Made by a program: the position numbers and the translations under genes
Shown here: one piece after another, positions 60,740-64,000 of the stretch
How the letters are laid out: each line of letters opens with the position of its first letter
Position numbering within the stretch: the first letter of the stretch is position 1
From: Mobula hypostoma
Lineage: Eukaryota
NCBI RefSeq assembly: GCF_963921235.1
Contig: NC_086097.1
Location: 147,624,001-147,688,000 of the forward strand
Reading direction: 5' to 3'
DNA: 64,000 nt
The notes under the pieces: generated by a model
The model's input: the letters and a program-made list of their open reading frames with translations, nothing else
The model's database searches: none
Told to the model about the DNA's origin: nothing

Positions 60740-62555
60740 GACAACTCACAGGCATGTATACATGAATGGGCTAATGAGTTAAACCAATTCTTCAATAGGT
60801 TTGACAATTGCCCTCCTGTTCACACTCCCCTCAGCACACTAATCCCTCAGTACCAACACCTCCCTTCCTCCCGCTCCAGTTCAACACGTGGATGAACAAC
60901 ACAGGCTACCACTGTCTACATCTCCTTCTTGCCCTGCACCTACCTATCATCCACACTGCCACATGCCAACTGCTATTGCCCCAATCTTCAGCGCCCCCCC
61001 CGCCCTCCGCGGCCCACACCTTCCACCAACTCCCCAGTCATCATGGACTCACCTTCACTGCTGAGCAGATGAGAAGGGCTTGGGGGAAACTTGGACACGT
61101 CAAAGCATTGGGACCAGATGGTGTGAACCCCAGGGGTTTGAAGGTATGTACTAAGCAGCTGTGTGTGGAGTTCTCCAGTGCATTTTCCATCTGCATCTCA
61201 GCCTGGAAAGGGTAACAACTCTGTGAAAAATATCATGTGTGGTCCCAGTATCCAAGAAAGCCCAATTGAAAATCTTGAATGACTACCATCCAGTGGCCCT
61301 GACCTCACACATCATGAAGACCCTAGAGAGGCTGGTCCTGGTTTACCTCTGTCAGCCCTCAGTTCCCTGCAGTTTGTCTACCAGGAACACATTGGAGTTG
61401 ACAATGCTGTCATCTACCTGCTGAACAAGGCCTACTTTGCATTTGGATAAGCAGGGCAGCACTGTGAGGATCATGTTTTTTGACTTCCCAAGTGCCTTCA
61501 ATACCATACAGCCCTCATTGCTGGGGGAAAAGCTCCATTCAATGCAGGTTGGTACTTCCATTGTATCCTGGATAATGGACTGTGTGACTGGCAGACCACA
61601 GTTTGTGCTGCTTCAAAGCTGTGTGTCAGACATGGCTATAAGCAGCACCGGTGCCCCATTGAGGACTTTACTGGCTCCCTTCCTTTTTGTCCTGTATATC
61701 TCGGAGTGAGTCATGTCAACGGCAGAAATTCTCTGAATACTCAACAATAGTTAGGTGTATAAAAGGAGGATGTGAGGATGAATACATGGCCCTGGTGGAG
61801 GAGTTCGTCAAATGATGCAAGCTGAGTCATCTGCAGCTCAATGTTAGTAAGACAAAGGAGTTGGTGATGGACTTTAAGAACACTAAGCCTGCACTGCTTC
61901 CTGTTACTATTGATGGTGAGGGCCTACAGGTACCTGGGGGTCCACTTGGATGACAGACTTGAGAGCACTAACACAGAGGCTGTGTACAAGTAGGGCCAGA
62001 GTTGCCTCTACTTCCTAGGAGACTAAGGTCCTTTGGAGTATGCAGGCCTCTCCTTCACATATTCTACCAGTCTTGTCGCCAGTACAATCTCCTATGCAGT
62101 GATGTGCTGGGGCAATGGTATCAACACGTGTGATGCCAACGGGCTCAATAAAGTGATTAGAAAAGTTGGCTCTGTTATAGGAGTCAAACGGATCAGACTG
62201 GGGGCTGTGGTAAAACAAAGGACCTATGGAAAATCAGCAATTCTGGACAATGTTTCTCACCCTCGGCATGCCACCTTGGCTGAACAGAGGAGCACTTTTA
62301 GTACTAGACTAAGACAACTGCGCTGCTCCAAAGTGCACTGTATGAGGTCATCCTTACCCTGGGCCATTAGGCTTTATGAGTCAATCTATAGCCGGGGAAC
62401 TGTTGACCCCCCCCCCCCCACTTCTGTTAGACTGTTTGAATTAACATTTTTTATTCTTTCTTACTCCTTTTCTAATATTTGTATATCTGTGCACTTGTAA
62501 TGCTACTGTGACACTGTAATTTCCTCTGGGATCAATAAAGTATCTATCTATTTAT
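60740..62555 (+). mobile_element. Rex1/Babar-like LINE 3' half
   Basis: LNDYHPVALTSHIMKTLERLV and VRIMFFDFPSAFNTIQP motifs; GGATCAATAAAG-(TATC)n tail. Confidence 0.88.
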
Positions 62556-63572
62556 TGAAGCAACACACACAAAATGCTGGTGGAACGCAGCAGGCCAGGC
62601 AGCATCTATAGGAAGAAGTACAGTTGACGTTTTTGGGCCAAGACCCTTCGTTAGGACTAACGGAAAAAAGAGGTAGTAAGAGATTTGAAAGTGGTGGGGG
62701 GGGGGAGACCCGAAATGATAGGAGAAGACAGGAGGGGGAGGGATGAATCTAAGAGCTGGGAAGTTGATTGGCAAAAGGGATACAAGGCTGCAGAAGGGGG
62801 AGTATCATGGGACGGAAGGCCTTGGAAGAAAGAAAGGGGGAGGGGAGCATCAGAGAATGATGGAGAACAGGCAAGAAGTTATTGTGAGAGGGAAAGAAAG
62901 TAAATAAATAAATTAGGGATGGGGTAAGAAGAGGAGGAGGAGGGGCATTAACAGAAGTTAGAGAAGTCAATGTTCATGCCATCAGGTTGGAGTATATCCA
63001 GACAGAATATAAGGTGTTGTTCCTCCAACCTGAGTGTGGCTTCATCTCGACAGTAGAGGAGGCCATGGATTGACATCAGAATGGGAGTGGGATGTGGAAT
63101 TAAAATTAAAACGTCCCATTCCCATTCCGATATGCACACATTTTAATTCCACGTCCCATTCCCATTTCTCAAGCTTCTGTTAATGCCCCTCCTCCCCTTC
63201 TTACCCCATCCCTAATATTTATTTATTTTTTCCTCTCTTTCCCTCTCACAATAACTTCTTGCCTGTTCTCCATCTTCCTCTTGTGCTCCCATCCCCCTTT
63301 CTTTCTTCCAAGGCCTTCCGTCCCATGATACTCCCCCTTCTCCAGCCTTGTATCCCTTTTGCCAATCAACTTTCCAGCTCTTGGCTTCATCCCTCCCCAT
63401 CCCACTGTCAAATCTCTTACTATCTCTTTTTTTCGTTAGTCCTGATGAAGTGTCTCGACCCGAAACGTTGACTGTATTTCTTCCTATAGGTGCTGCCTGG
63501 CCTGCTGCGTTCCACCAGCATTTTGTGGGTGTTAATTGAATTTCCAGCATCTGCAGGTTTTCTCGTGTTTGC
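62556..63572. mobile_element. Fold-back Penelope-like insertion in RHPN1 intron 3
   Basis: About 62560-62960 is inverted relative to about 63170-63535; flanked by GTATCTATCTATT on both sides. Confidence 0.9.
63438..63473 (+). ncRNA. Minimal hammerhead motif with GUU triplet, sense to RHPN1
   Basis: AGTC CTGATGA AGTGTCTCGACCC GAAACGTT GACT. Confidence 0.6.
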
Positions 63573-64000
63573 GTATCTATCTATTGAGCCCATTATTAAC
63601 ACCTTTGGTAATTATGGTCACCATCTGCCCCTATTTACTAGTTATTCTCAAAGGACTGTCCAGATCTGTACTGTATGTGCTGTTATGAGCCCAGGACAAC
63701 ATTTGGCTCAGCAATATCTCTTGATTCGTAATTCTTTCTAGCAGTGTGCATTTTATCCTTGCTGCCAACATCAGAAGAAAGTTTGGACTTTCATTCCTTT
63801 CTCCCTTCCTACCCCCTTCGGTTCAATAACGCAGCTGCAATAGCCAGGGTAAGAGCTTGTGAATGACATGGTCTCTGGTGTATTTTCATCACACAGTTGG
63901 ATCAAAAACAGGCTCCATCCACAATGCCGAAAAAGAACACTCTTCTCAATTGGCACTGCACTTAATTATTAAACTAGTCAAAGCTCTGAGTGTTTCTAAG

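Noticed and set aside
44529..64000. RHPN1 exon 4 (expected PMIPLGLKETK-like peptide)
   Set aside because: Not found by eye; it probably lies beyond the window.
1..64000. CRISPR arrays, rRNA or tRNA genes, prokaryotic systems
   Set aside because: No regularly spaced repeat-spacer array or structural RNA gene was seen; the sequence is eukaryotic and the RT domains belong to LINEs and PLEs.

Overview
This is a repeat-dense vertebrate genomic window. The CR1/Penelope/V-SINE repeat mix suggests a cartilaginous fish, probably a ray (inference). One host gene is recognisable: the first three coding exons of rhophilin-1 (RHPN1, + strand, 33396-33449, 37084-37199, 44400-44528). They splice in frame to give the HR1 Rho-binding domain and sit behind a CpG-rich promoter with an RFX X-box. 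Almost everything else is nested, mostly decayed mobile DNA: CR1, Rex1/Babar-like, RTE and L1 LINEs, Penelope-like elements (PLEs), Gypsy-type LTR remnants, a solo LTR, hAT transposons and a Harbinger-type MITE. Most ORFs in the supplied track are fragments or antisense shadows of these elements. Highlights: more than a dozen minimal hammerhead-ribozyme motifs in PLE termini (six with an intact core), fold-back PLE insertions, a PLE-linked inverted duplication of flanking DNA, and a hAT MITE that transposed after capturing a CR1 3' end and a segment shared with the Harbinger-type MITE. I see no clear evidence of a wholly new system; the best leads are variants of known classes. Boundaries without a stated target-site duplication (TSD) are approximate.
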